Assembly (NCBI GenBank): GCA_976551045.1
Contig: CDPCPM010000363.1
Span: forward strand, 2,170,001-2,234,000
DNA: 64,000 nt
Reading direction: 5' to 3'
Source of the DNA: Glaucostegus cemiculus
Taxonomy: Eukaryota
The notes below the pieces were generated by a model. It did no database searches and was not told the DNA's origin. It worked only from the letters and a program-made list of their open reading frames with translations. Below, piece by piece: positions 50,925 through 61,671 of this stretch. Made by a program: the position numbers and the translations under genes. The stretch's first letter is position 1. The number at the start of each line of letters is the position of its first letter.

Positions 50925-51302
50925 ACAGGGTTGGGGGTGGTGGGAGTGGGGTAGAGTTGAGGGTGGTGGGAGTGGGGTAGAGTTGAAGTTGGTGGGAGTG
51001 GGGTAGAGTTGAGGGGGTGGAGTGTTGAGGGGGTGGAGTGGAGTGGAGTTGAGGGGGGTGGGGTGGAGTGGAGTTGAGGGGGGTGGGGTGGAGTGGAGTT
51101 GAGGGGGGTGGGGTGGAGTGGAGTTGAGGGGGGTGGGGTGGAGTGGAGTTGAGGGGGTGGGGTGGAGTTGAGGGGGGGTGGATTGGGGTGGGGTGGAGTT
51201 GAGGGGGGGTGGAGTGGAGTTGAGGGGGGGTGAGGGGGGGGTGAGGGGGGGTGAGGGGGGGGTGAGGGGGGGTGAGGGGGGGGTGAGGGGGGGTGAGGGG
51301 TG
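50925..51302. repeat. G-rich minisatellite
   Basis: Tandem ~24-25-nt units GGGGTGGAGTGGAGTTGAGGGGG(G)T, followed by (GnTGA)n units. Confidence 0.9.
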
Positions 51303-51309
51303 GTTGTAA

Positions 51310-51745
51310 ACAGACGAAGTGCTGCCGATATCTCAGCGACTCTCCCCGGGGAAGTGAGGGGAACTTGCCGCCCGCCCGCCCGCCCGCCATAAGTCGGCGC
51401 TGGGGAAGTTTGCAGCGCCGGATCCGGGCCTTACCTGCATCCCCGGCACCGCCACCGCCACCGGCGACTGAGCCATGGTCCGGAGCCCGTGCGGAGATGG
51501 CCAGGCCGGCGCGGCCGACGGGGGCAGCTCTGCTTCCTCCGCCTCTACCCCGCTCCGAGCCGACGCTGAACCGGTGAATTGCCCGATCCGCCGGGAGAGT
51601 CCCCGCTGTAAAACTTGTCCGACTTTGCCTCCTGTTTCGGCTGTTCGCCGGCGTGAGGTCGGTCTGTCCGTCCCCTTCACCCAAGGAGCTGTGGTGTGGG
51701 TGCTTACATGTTCCCTGTGTTGTCCTCACCCCCCCGCTCTAACGC
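51310..51745 (-). promoter_or_regulatory. STK26: CpG island / STK26 promoter and 5'UTR region
   Basis: The only CpG-dense, GC-rich stretch in an otherwise CpG-depleted window; GC-box-like CCGCCCGCCCGCCC at ~51368-51387; surrounds the start codon. Confidence 0.8.
51435..51476 (-). CDS. STK26: STK26/MST4 first coding exon (MAQSPVAVAVPGMQ)
   Basis: ATG at 51476 in strong Kozak context (GGACCATGG). 14 codons nearly identical to the human MST4 N-terminus MAHSPVAVQVPGMQ as I recall it. Ends in a phase-0 donor CAG|GTAAGG, inside a CpG-rich region. Confidence 0.93.
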
Positions 51746-51772
51746 CATGCTCTGCCTGCAGATGCCTGCCTG

Positions 51773-51804
<32 letters not shown>

Positions 51805-52185
51805 TGGGTGGAGTTGCAAACTCCAGGCACGTCACTGCGAGCTCACTTTCCCAACTCAGATCTTCACCCAGTAACAGGAGCAAACCTCTGGCCCCTCCCT
51901 CCTGCATCTCACCACCACCTCTGCAATGAAACCTCAACTTCCACCCCAATTCACACTTAACATGAATTAAAGTAATAAAATTGGATTAAAGTTTTGTAGT
52001 CTCTCCTTTTGATGCTAGCACTGAATAAATATTGATTGTGAAATGCCATTAGTAGGTGGAAGTGGTGTTTGAAGTAATTCTGCTGTTGCTTTGCCAGTGT
52101 CCAAGATGAAGAAAATTAATTTGCAGAATTGTCAGCGTGTTTCTCTGCTAGTGTGTGAAGAGGATTAAGGAACATCTTTCACACA

Positions 52186-52690
52186 GGCACAGTGGGATAG
52201 TTAGTAGAGCTGCTCGCTCATAGCACCAATGACCTGCATGAACTCATGAACATTACTTCCTTATTCTTCTTTTGCACTATTTATTTATTTACCTAACTCG
52301 GTAAGTTTTATGTCTTGCACTGTACTAGTACTGCAAAACAACAAATTTCACAACATATGTCAGTGATAATAAACTTGATTCTGATTTTGACCCCCGGGTT
52401 CAATCCTGACCTTGGGTGCTGTCTGTGTGGAGTTTGCACGTTCTCCCTGGGTTTTCACCCCCCACCACACCCTCCCTCACATGTTCTAGTTTCCTCCCAA
52501 ATCCTAACGACATGCAGGTCGGTGGGTTAATCAGCCACTGTAAATGTTTCCTGGTGTGTAGGTGAAGGTTAGAATCTGGAGGGAGTTGATGGGAATGTGG
52601 GGGGGGGGGGGGGGGGGGGGGGGGGAGTAGTGGAGGGGTGGAGAATAAAATGGGATTGGTGTAAATGAGTGGTTGATGGTTGGCATGGAT
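52186..52690 (+). mobile_element. HE1-type V-SINE interrupted by a Rex1-type 3' tail (52235-52387)
   Basis: SINE head breaks at TGACC (52230-52234) and resumes at TGACC (52388-52392); the insert ends GTGATAATAAACTTGATTCTGATT. Confidence 0.75.
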
Positions 52691-52709
52691 TTATATTTAC
52701 AAATTACAA

Positions 52710-52800
52710 AATACCTTTGAGATGTGGATTGGTGTAATGTAGGAAACATGACAGCCAAGTGTGTGCACAAGAAGATCCCAAGAATATCAATGTGATGACA
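52710..52800 (-). mobile_element. Deu-domain SINE fragment
   Basis: TGTAATGTAGGAAACATGACAGCCAA..GCACAAGAAGATCCCA..CAATGTGAT matches the reverse complement of the Deu core as I recall it. Confidence 0.55.
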
Positions 52801-54117
52801 AGACAATGGTTTAGAAATTGCTCTACAATGACATTTTGCTGTTAAGAATATTGTTTGTCACCCTAAAACTTTTTGCAGCCCCATTAAAAGTGTGAAGGTT
52901 AATTACATAAAGAAGAGTTTTTGGGTAATGCCACACTTTCCAGTCCGTGTGCTTTTGTTCTTTTGGAAAACCTCAGCTGCCGTCTCTCAGCCTAGCAGCT
53001 GTGCTCTCATCAGCCAACTCTTAAGGGGATATATGACAATTCAAGTGGCACTCTTCCATTTACTGGACATTAATTCTACTTCAAATAAATGATGGGGATT
53101 TGGGAGTAGAAGATGTAAGCTTGAAAATAATTGCTATGGCAAACAAAAATCCCATGAGGAAGTCAGGGATCCAACTCATGCACTGTGTTGGCCAACTCCA
53201 TATTAAGTGTATTTTAAGGAGCACAACACCTTTTGTTCCCCAAAGTAGTGCAAAGGAAAGTGTTTTAGTGACACCAACTGCAAGGGAAATATTGGCCTGT
53301 GTTCAAGCATGAACAGCCATACTCTTTTTTAAATGATATCACAAATCTTTTACATAATACCCGAGAGGACAGATATAATTCTAACATTGAAATGAAATAT
53401 GACATTTGGACTCATAGTCAATGCCTTCGACAATATCCTAAAAGCTTAGTGTTAGGAGCAAGGATTGAACCTGTAACCATCTGACTCAAAAGATGAGAGT
53501 GTAACCATACTGATCCACAGTTGACATATGCCAATACAAATGTTCCCTAAATCATAGTTATTATGGTAAATAGACAGAGCTGATGAATATGAACATTGCT
53601 CATCACCCACAACCCAACTACAATCATTGTTTAAAACTCTCATAATAAAAAAATGAATTTGAGTTATTCAGTCACTTTGAATCATAGGTCTGATTATAAA
53701 TGGCTGATAACATGGAGCGTAATCCTCAAAATAACAGTTAAAATTCCTGACATGCCAGATAACAAAAAAGCAATTTCTTTTACTCAGTCAAATGTACACA
53801 GTCGTGTGAGATAGAATGTACTAAAACTACAACATTGACTTAATGAAATATATTATCAAGAAATGGGAGAGAATTTCTTTTTTAAAATTTGTGGGTTTTG
53901 TCAATTGTTGTAAATTCTTAAAGTTTGTTTTTTCATCAAAGCAGTTTGATATAATCATGGCTTTGCCATTACTCTAAAGAGTGAATTGTTATTTATAAAC
54001 ATGCACATTCTAATTTTGCAAATTAAAAATCAAAAGACTTGTCTTTGAACAGACCATGTGATACACTACATCTCCTAAGCTTTATATCTCACTCCTACAT
54101 TCATCAATGATGCTGGT

Positions 54118-54465
54118 CAACATAGTGGTGCAGCTAATAGAGTTGCTGCATCTCAGCTCCAGAGACCTGGGTTTAAACCTAACCTCTGGTGTTGTCAGCG
54201 TGGAGGTGTGGAGTTTTCACATTCTGCCTGTGACTGTGTTGGTTTACTCCAGCTGCACCAGTTTCCTCTGCACATTCAAAGATATGCAAGTTGAAAGGTA
54301 AATTTGTCACTGTAAATTGTCCCAAGTGTACAATTGAGCTGTAAAATAGAGGGGGGGGGGGGGTGTTGATGGAATGTAGGGAGGATAAAATGAGATTAGT
54401 GTAGATGGGAGCTTGATGATAGAGATGTGCTTGGTGGGCTGTTCCCTTTGCATGACTCTGTGACA
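54118..54465 (+). mobile_element. HE1-type V-SINE
   Basis: Head, diverged V-domain, tail ending ATGACTCTGTGAC. Confidence 0.7.
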
Positions 54466-54844
54466 TACAGAAATACCAGGAACAAGAAAGTGTTTTGAAG
54501 AGTGTGTTCTATTTCTTTAACGTATTTATATAGAACTGTCAACCGGTAAAGCAACAAGCAACACAAGACACAAAGAGGATTGTAATCAGATCAAAGTTGA
54601 CTCAGCCTCATAAAGGAATGAGGGCAGGAAGAGACAAGTGGCAAAGAATGCATTTAACATGGTGGGAGTCAGTGGTGGTAGTAATAGAGAGACAGAGACA
54701 GAAAAGAGAGAGAGAGAGAATCGAGGACATAAACCAAAAGCACTAAGTTCTTCATTATCAGAAGAGAGGAGATAACAGGAAGAATGACAGGCCGGATATT
54801 TCATGATTTAAACTCTGTTGCAAAGTTCTGAGCCACTCTGATAC

Positions 54845-54972
54845 CGTTTCAGGGCTTCAACCCAACACATTGACAATCCATTTTCCCTCACAGATGCTGC
54901 TTGTCCCACTGAACTCCTCCAGCAGATTGTTTGTTGCTCCAGATCCCAGCATCTGCAGTCTCTTGTGTCTCC
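54845..54972 (+). mobile_element. Penelope-like 3' terminal fragment
   Basis: CACAGATGCTGC..CTGAACTCCTCCAGCA..CCAGCATCTGCAGTCTCTTGTGTCTC. Confidence 0.65.
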
Positions 54973-55849
54973 CTGGTTCAATCCTTGCACAGTACTGAGT
55001 TGGATGACCCTGGCCACCACATCACCAGCAATTCTAGAACAGTACTCAGTGAGAGTTGGATGAGGGAAAGGAAACATTTTTAAAAAGGAAGAGATTTATA
55101 GTGCTTCTTATCACATCTCAGAAACAACTTCTGGGTGGAACTTCATGTATGACAATCACTTCACTCCAGGGGCAGTGACTGAAGTTACCTGCAATAATAG
55201 TGCATTTGCATTTATCTGGAGCCTTTAACACAATAATGTATCCCAATGTATTTCATGAGAATGAAGTAAACACCCCAGTGAATGAAGAGGCAGGTGATGA
55301 GGAGGTTTTTAAAGAAGTGCCGAGATATAGGTAGCAACTTACAGGATTAGGGCCTGGTAGCTTATCTAATGTTCAGGAAGATCTCACAAATGCCAAGGAA
55401 GTGATTGGCCAGTTAGTTTGCCTTCTGGGGGTGACTGAGAAATGGTGGACGAAAATTCAGTTGAATTTCCTGCCCTCCAAGCTGGGCATGTGACACAAGG
55501 AATGTACCTCTAACTTAGTTTTGTCCTACAGCGGCAGCCATGAGTGGAGTTAAACTCATCTCCTTCTGGGGTAGACTGAGCCAAGTCATTCAGTGAGTCC
55601 CACAATGGAAACAGATAGTGTGAACTTCAGGTAGCAATGTAATTACACAGATTCACACAGAGCCAAGGCAGTCAATTTATACCAGAGTTCGTGATGCACA
55701 GGTTTGTCCTCCTGCTCCCATGGTAGTCCTAACAGATGATACAAAAGTGATGCAACATGGTCAGTAAAGATAATGCACTAGCAACAGCGCAAATTAGCTT
55801 AAGAGCCAATGCCTGGATTTGTATCTATATGCATTATATTCAGCTCCTC

Positions 55850-56160
55850 ATCATAAGATACAGGACAGAAATGGGCCCTTCAGCCCATCACATCCATGCT
55901 GACTACTTTGCCCATCTACACTGATCCCTTTTGCTTCCCCCCCCCCCTGTTAGGACTATCTATGGCTTGTCTATTTAGTGTCTGTTGAAATGCTTCTTAA
56001 ACACCACCTCTTCCCGCAGCATGCACCAGATATCAACCACACTCTCATCCCCTCAGATCCCCTTTAAAATTCTCAACTCTCACCTTAAACCCATGCCCTC
56101 TTGTTTTGATGCCCCTACCATGTGGAAAAGGTTTTGACTATCTGCCCTCTCTATGCCTCT
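55850..56160 (-). mobile_element. CR1 3' fragment
   Basis: Reverse-complement TRGHGFKVR region and tail. Confidence 0.7.
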
Positions 56161-56356
56161 CTTGGACCTTTTTTCTCATGTTTCTCATCAGCCAGATAGT
56201 TCTGATCCTCATTGTCTTTGACTTCAGCAAAAGACATTTCAGCTTCCATATACTTGACAATCAAATCCTGAATGACTACAAGATAAGGCAACCAGCCCAT
56301 TGCTGGTCTCTACAAACTCTTCAGACTTCTTAATGATAGAGAGGGGGATATAGACT

Positions 56357-56938
56357 TCCAGAGGCTAGTTATGAAGCACATTAGAGCCTCCCTCCCCCCA
56401 TCCTTGGATCCTCATCAGTATGCTTATCGGGCAAACAGGTCCACCGATGATGCAGTCTCCTCTGCCATGCACTCTGCACTACATCACTTAGAGAAGAAGG
56501 ACTCATACTGCCGGGGCCGACCCCTCTCACCCCTCCCACCACCTCTTCACAATTTTGCCATCAGGGAGGAGGCTTAAATGTATCAGGGCAAGAACGTCCA
56601 GGCTGAACAATAGCTTCTTTCGGCAAGCCATAAGAACTGCAAACTCTCTCATCCCTCCATCTTCCTTTGTTAACACTAGGAGATGCTAGGTGCACAGAAA
56701 TGCACCAGCACTTTAAATGCCTGACACCAGCCCGTTCCTTTAAGATCTATTTATGTAAGAACTAATGGGTAATGTTTTGTACTGTGTATTCTGCCAAGTG
56801 TGTATGTGTCTCTCTGTTGGTTGTTATGTTATTCTTTTCTATGAGACGTGTTCCTGTGGAGGACGGTATCTCGCTCCTATGCGTACCATGTATGTATATG
56901 GTTGTGACAATAAAACTGATTCTGATTCTGATTCTGAT
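56357..56938 (+). mobile_element. Internally deleted Rex1/Babar element
   Basis: [29 protein letters not shown] joined almost directly to [29 protein letters not shown]; 3' UTR with (GATTCT)n tail. Confidence 0.85.
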
Positions 56939-57825
56939 AAGACCCTCACCCCACATCCTTGAACAAAATATCCCATAAATAACACATCTTGTAAAGTGTA
57001 AAGAACTCCTTGCGCTGCTCCTAATAATTTCATCCATCTTAACAAGGAGGTTCTGGAAAGCTTCATGCAAAATTAGACAATAAAAAAACAAGGGATCATG
57101 AATACTTCAAAAAGTTCCCATTTTTGAATAGGTTTTAATCTTGCCTTCATAACAGTTTGTAACCACACTTCTAGTTTATTAATTCCTTTCCAGAACATTT
57201 TATCTAGATAACACTTAAATATTTCTCTGCCTCTCTAGGGTTAATAAAATCTCATGCACTCCACTTCATCTTCCATTTGTCAACGGTATTAAAAATAAAT
57301 GTCAGTTTTTTACTCCATGTAAAAACCCATAGTTTAAAGATATTTGTCTCATCTGTCTTTTTTACCAAACTTCTCTACAATCTTGAAGTTGTTGGACACA
57401 CCCTTGGTGAGAATCACTTACAAGAGCCACGTCATCAGCAAAATCAGGGTGGACCAATAAAAATCGCCTGTCGCCATAATCACAACATCCACATAACTGA
57501 GTTCATTATGTGGCATTCCGTGTAGTGTAGGAGAATGCTAATTATACTAAATATGCCTTTACATTTACACTTGGGGCACCAATTCTGATACACTTAGTTA
57601 GGACCTTGAGAAATGTTGAGTCAGAACATCTGAAAGGCCTTTAATCAGCAAGGCAGATCTTGTTTCACGCTCCAGATTCTAGCATCAAGCAACATTATCA
57701 GTGCACATCTTTCACTTTTCCATTTTCCTGATCTTGTCTCAGCCTGGCTGAGCTGACTCAAGATTGCAGCAATCAAAGTAGCCCTGTGACTGGCTGGCCC
57801 TTCCTCAGTTTTACTGGCGTGTACT

Positions 57826-58510
57826 CACATGTTTCACTCTCGAACTTACTCCATATACATAGATATCTCATTCAGTAAGTTACCCTACATACATGTGTAT
57901 TTTATTCTAAAAGTTACTCAATATACATGCATGTTTCACTATAAGTTAAGGTAAGATAAGGTATCTTTATTAGTCACATGTACATCAAAACACACAGTGA
58001 AATACATCTTTTTACGGAGTGATTTGGGGGGGGAGGTGGGGGCAGCCCGCAAGTGTCGCCACGCTTCTGGCGCCAACATAGCATGCCCACAACTTCCTAA
58101 TCTGTACATCTTTGGAATGTGGGAGGAAACCGGAGCACCTGAAGGAAACCCATGCAGATACGGGGAAGACGTAAAAACTCCTTACAGACAGTGGCTGGAC
58201 TTGAACCCCGGTCGCTGGCACTGTCAAGCATTACGCTAACCGCCACACTACCATGCCTGCACATAGGATAGTTACTCTATATACATCCACATTTCAATCT
58301 GGAAGTTACTTTCTATACATGCATGTTTCACTCTAGAAGTTACAATCGGTTTGCAAGACAAGTTTTTCACTGTACCTCAGTACAAGTAACAATAATAAAC
58401 CAAACCTGTACACACACGTTTCACTCTTGAAGTTACTCTACATACATGTCTGCTTCAGTGTAGAAGTTACTCCATATGCATACATGCTTTATTCTAGAGG
58501 TTATTCTATA
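57826..58510. repeat. Degenerate ~34-bp minisatellite with two nested insertions
   Basis: Unit ~ATGTTTCACTCTAGAAGTTACTCTATATACATGC, roughly 9-10 copies. Confidence 0.8.
57948..58257 (-). mobile_element. V-domain SINE of a second family (non-HE1 head and tail)
   Basis: Head GGCATGGTAGTGTGGCGGTTAGCG..GGTTCAAGTCC, V-domain, tail TTTCACTGTGTGTTTTGATGTACATGTGACTAATAAA plus (CTTA-like)n; retains many CpGs. Confidence 0.85.
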
Positions 58511-58899
58511 ACAATCAGGAACAAGAAAAATCCCTCAGTCATCTTTTTCCATTCTTTTAACCTGGTGATACTAAGATCAAATAATTCAGTATTATCCTGA
58601 CGCTGAAGCTGCTACTTTCCTCAGTTGCATTTTCTCTTTCACTGACCCATCTAACAAGGGACCTTTTTCAATGAAGAACTGTCTGCTTGCCTGCAGAGGG
58701 TGGTGGGAAGCTACAACTATCTTCTCTGAAAGGATTGGAGATGATGCAGGTTGATAGGAACATCCAAAAGATGTCGGTTGGGTTGGAGTATTAGCAGATG
58801 GAGGTGAAAAAAACAGCAAATTGGGTTGTTGATCTGGTGTGATACATATAGCCTCTCACTCCACCCAGGGCATATGGTAGCTGAGCTCTCCACAAAATT

Positions 58900-59170
58900 C
58901 ACCACAGTTCTTGCCAAGGCTCCCTCAACGGCACATCAAGAACCCAGAATGGGAACACCACCCCCTGCAGGCTGCGTGTCATCGCAACTTGGAAATGTAT
59001 TGTCGATTCTTCATCATCACTGGATCTAGATCCCGGAACTCCCCACTGTGGGAGCACCTTCATCAAAAGGACTGCTGGCGTTCACTACCATCTTTCCAGG
59101 GCCAATGAGGGATGGGCAATAAATGCTGCCCTTATCACTCCCATACCCATTTCCAGAATGAATGAAAAAT
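58900..59170 (+). mobile_element. L2/CR1-clade LINE 3' end (same family as 23850-24263)
   Basis: ATGGGAACACCACC..ACTTGGAAATGTATTG..GGGATGGGCAATAAATGCTG..GAATGAATGAAAAA. Confidence 0.65.
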
Positions 59171-59534
59171 GAACTGAAGAGGCTCAGGAGGCTGATGTAA
59201 CAACTCCCACACCTAGTGGTCCTGTGTGGGCACTTTTGCATTTAGACTCTTTCCGTCTACTAAGCAGTTGCCAAAATTGCCACAGGCAGCTTACAGGCTC
59301 AATGTGATCTCATTTATGGCTTTATCCTGTCTTTTGCTTGGAATAGAACCAACTGCTGGTAGGTGCTGGGAGCAAACCCCACTCCATTTTGACAGAGGTG
59401 TTAAATATACTTGTAAGTAAATAAAAGTATTGTGGAAGGAATTTGACTCTGGCCTGTTCATTAATGTTGTGCTAACAAAGTCATTTACCCCGCAACAACT
59501 GGGAGATTGTCAACTGTTCTCCAGCTCATGAAGA

Positions 59535-59860
59535 GATACAGCATGGAAACAGGCCCTTCAGGCCAATGAGTCTGCATTGACCATCAACCAGCCATTTACA
59601 TTAACCCAACACTAATCCATTCACCATACATTCTACCAACTTCCCCAGATTAACCAGATACACACCAGGGACAATTTGCAGTGGCCAATTAACCTATCAA
59701 CCCACATGTCTTTGGGATGGGGGAGGAAACTGGAGCACCCAGGGGAAACCCATGCACAGAGAGAACTTGCGAACTGCACACATACAGCAGCTGCAGTCAG
59801 GATTGAACCTGGGTCTCTGGAACTGTGAGGCAGCGAATCTACCACTGCACCACTCTGCCA
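59535..59860 (-). mobile_element. HE1-type V-SINE, near full length
   Basis: Head, V-domain (TGGGAGGAAACTGGAGCACCCAGGGGAAACCC on plus strand) and CR1-like tail. Confidence 0.85.
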
Positions 59861-60204
59861 CCCACATCTCTTGGTATAAAAGAAGAAAATTTATTCCACC
59901 TCTTAGAATACAAAAGGGCAAATGATATTTAAAAAGTAATAAAATTCTCACTCAAGACCACAAAAGCCATTTTAAGCACACAGGCATAGAGGTGTCCCAA
60001 CACAGATGCTTGAAGCCCCAGGACAAATTTCAGGACTAATGAGTGAAGCTCTCTCAGGGAATCCTATGGGTTGGACTTGACTGACATCTTTAAAGGAGGT
60101 TGTTCATTAAACACCCTCTAAATCAGTTCATTGATTCTTTTTGAACAAAAGAGATCAATTGCTTTTTCTGACTGGAATGCTGATGCATCTGGAAATATTG
60201 CTGC

Positions 60205-60455
60205 TAGGATTTGATTACCTACACCTATCTATGCCTCTCATAATCTTATATACTTCTTTCGGGTCACCACTCAGTCTCCTTCACTCTAGGGAAAACAGTC
60301 CCAGTTTATCTAATGTCTCGCCATAACTAAAGTCCTCCAATCCAGGTAACATCCTGGTGAATCTCCTCTGCACTCTCTCCCGTGCAACCACATCATTCCT
60401 ATAGAATTTTTTGTGACAGAAACACATGCAATATTTCAAGTGCAGTCTAACCAAT
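60205..60455 (-). mobile_element. CR1 fragment
   Basis: Reverse complement VQRRFTRMLPGLEDFSYGETLDKLGLFSLE.RRLSGD.KEVYKIMRG. Confidence 0.8.
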
Positions 60456-61461
60456 GACTCAGCCTCTGCTATCTTCTGTGGGAGAGAGCTCTACAAGTTC
60501 ACAGCCTCTGGTGTGAGTTCCCCTGGTTTCCCAGGTGGTGAGACTGCAGCTGGAATACAGTTTTGGTCTCTGTCTCAGGGAAGATGCTTGCCTTGGATAT
60601 GCCACAGACAGGGTTCACTAGCCTGGTTCCCTGACTGAGGGGATTGCCCAAAGAGGTGAGACTAAGCAAGGCTGCCCTGTGCTCAATGGAGTTCAGAGAA
60701 ATGCAGGTTGTTCTTCTCGAAGCGTGTAAAATTGAGGGTGATGCTGGTTAGCTGATTCCATGGGCTGGTGGAGAGTCCACAGGACTGAGGGTGGGGGGGA
60801 TGAAGGCATTTCAGGCTGAGTTTAGGAGACAATCCTTTACTCTGTATGTTGTACATTGCCAGACTGCTTCACAGATACATTGCATTGTTAGGGCTGAGAC
60901 TGATAACATTTGGATCTTCTTGGATAGGTGGGAAAGTGAGCTTGTGATTGGCCAGGATACTTTTGAAAGATGAAGCTGTCCTGGGGACTTGCAAGGTTCT
61001 CACCTTCCTCCAACTGCTACCGAACTCACAGCTCAGGGATATGTGACTTGAAAAGGGTGGGAGTAAAGTTTCAGAAATTGCTCACTCTCTTTTACATCAG
61101 AATTAAGGCTAAATGCTTACTGATATTGCTGACAGAAGTCTTCTGCCTCCACCAGGACAAATTTATGTTTCAGGTGTTCCCTTAAACATTCCAGTGATAT
61201 CAAAGTTGTCCCAGCATTTGATTTTATTCGTTCACAGTTTGTGGTGGTCAGCGGCCATGCCAGCATTGATTGTCCAGTCCAGATTCTCCCACAGCTGACT
61301 GGGGAAGGATTTCCTTTCCTGAGGGACACTCTTGGTGTTGAGGGCTTCAGTCCTTATGTCACTGGGCTGTTGGCTGTCCCTGTCTCCACAGGGAACCCAA
61401 ACATCTAAGGAAAGTTTCCCCTTCAAAAATTCTGTACTAGGTCTTCTGTAGCTGACCTCTG

Positions 61462-61516
61462 ACACACATAGTCACATATGTACACTGACACATTCATTCA
61501 CAAACACATACCAGCA

Positions 61517-61550
<34 letters not shown>

Positions 61551-61665
61551 TGCATGCATGCACACAAACACAAACATACATGCTTGCATGCACATACACA
61601 AACGCACACACACACACACATGTGCACTTTCACACAGAAGCACACACTCATTCACAGACACATAA
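61462..61665. repeat. Imperfect (CA)n microsatellite
   Basis: Direct reading. Confidence 0.9.
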
Positions 61666-61671
61666 ACAAGT

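Larger units (their letters stand above)
9394..51434 (-). other. STK26: STK26 intron between the first two coding exons (42,041 bp)
   Basis: GT..AG boundaries join Q14 to N15 in frame; filled with retroelement fragments. Confidence 0.88.

Noticed and set aside
50890-51729. 279-aa Pro/His-rich ORF and overlapping GC-rich ORFs
   Set aside because: Produced by the stop-poor CpG island and G-rich satellite; the real coding part is the 42-nt exon in another frame.
57826-58510. CRISPR-like array
   Set aside because: The units are head-to-tail degenerate tandem repeats without unique spacers, in a vertebrate context with no cas genes.
1430-59860. tRNA genes
   Set aside because: All A/B-box tRNA-like sequences are SINE heads followed by V-domains or LINE tails; I saw no complete cloverleaf.
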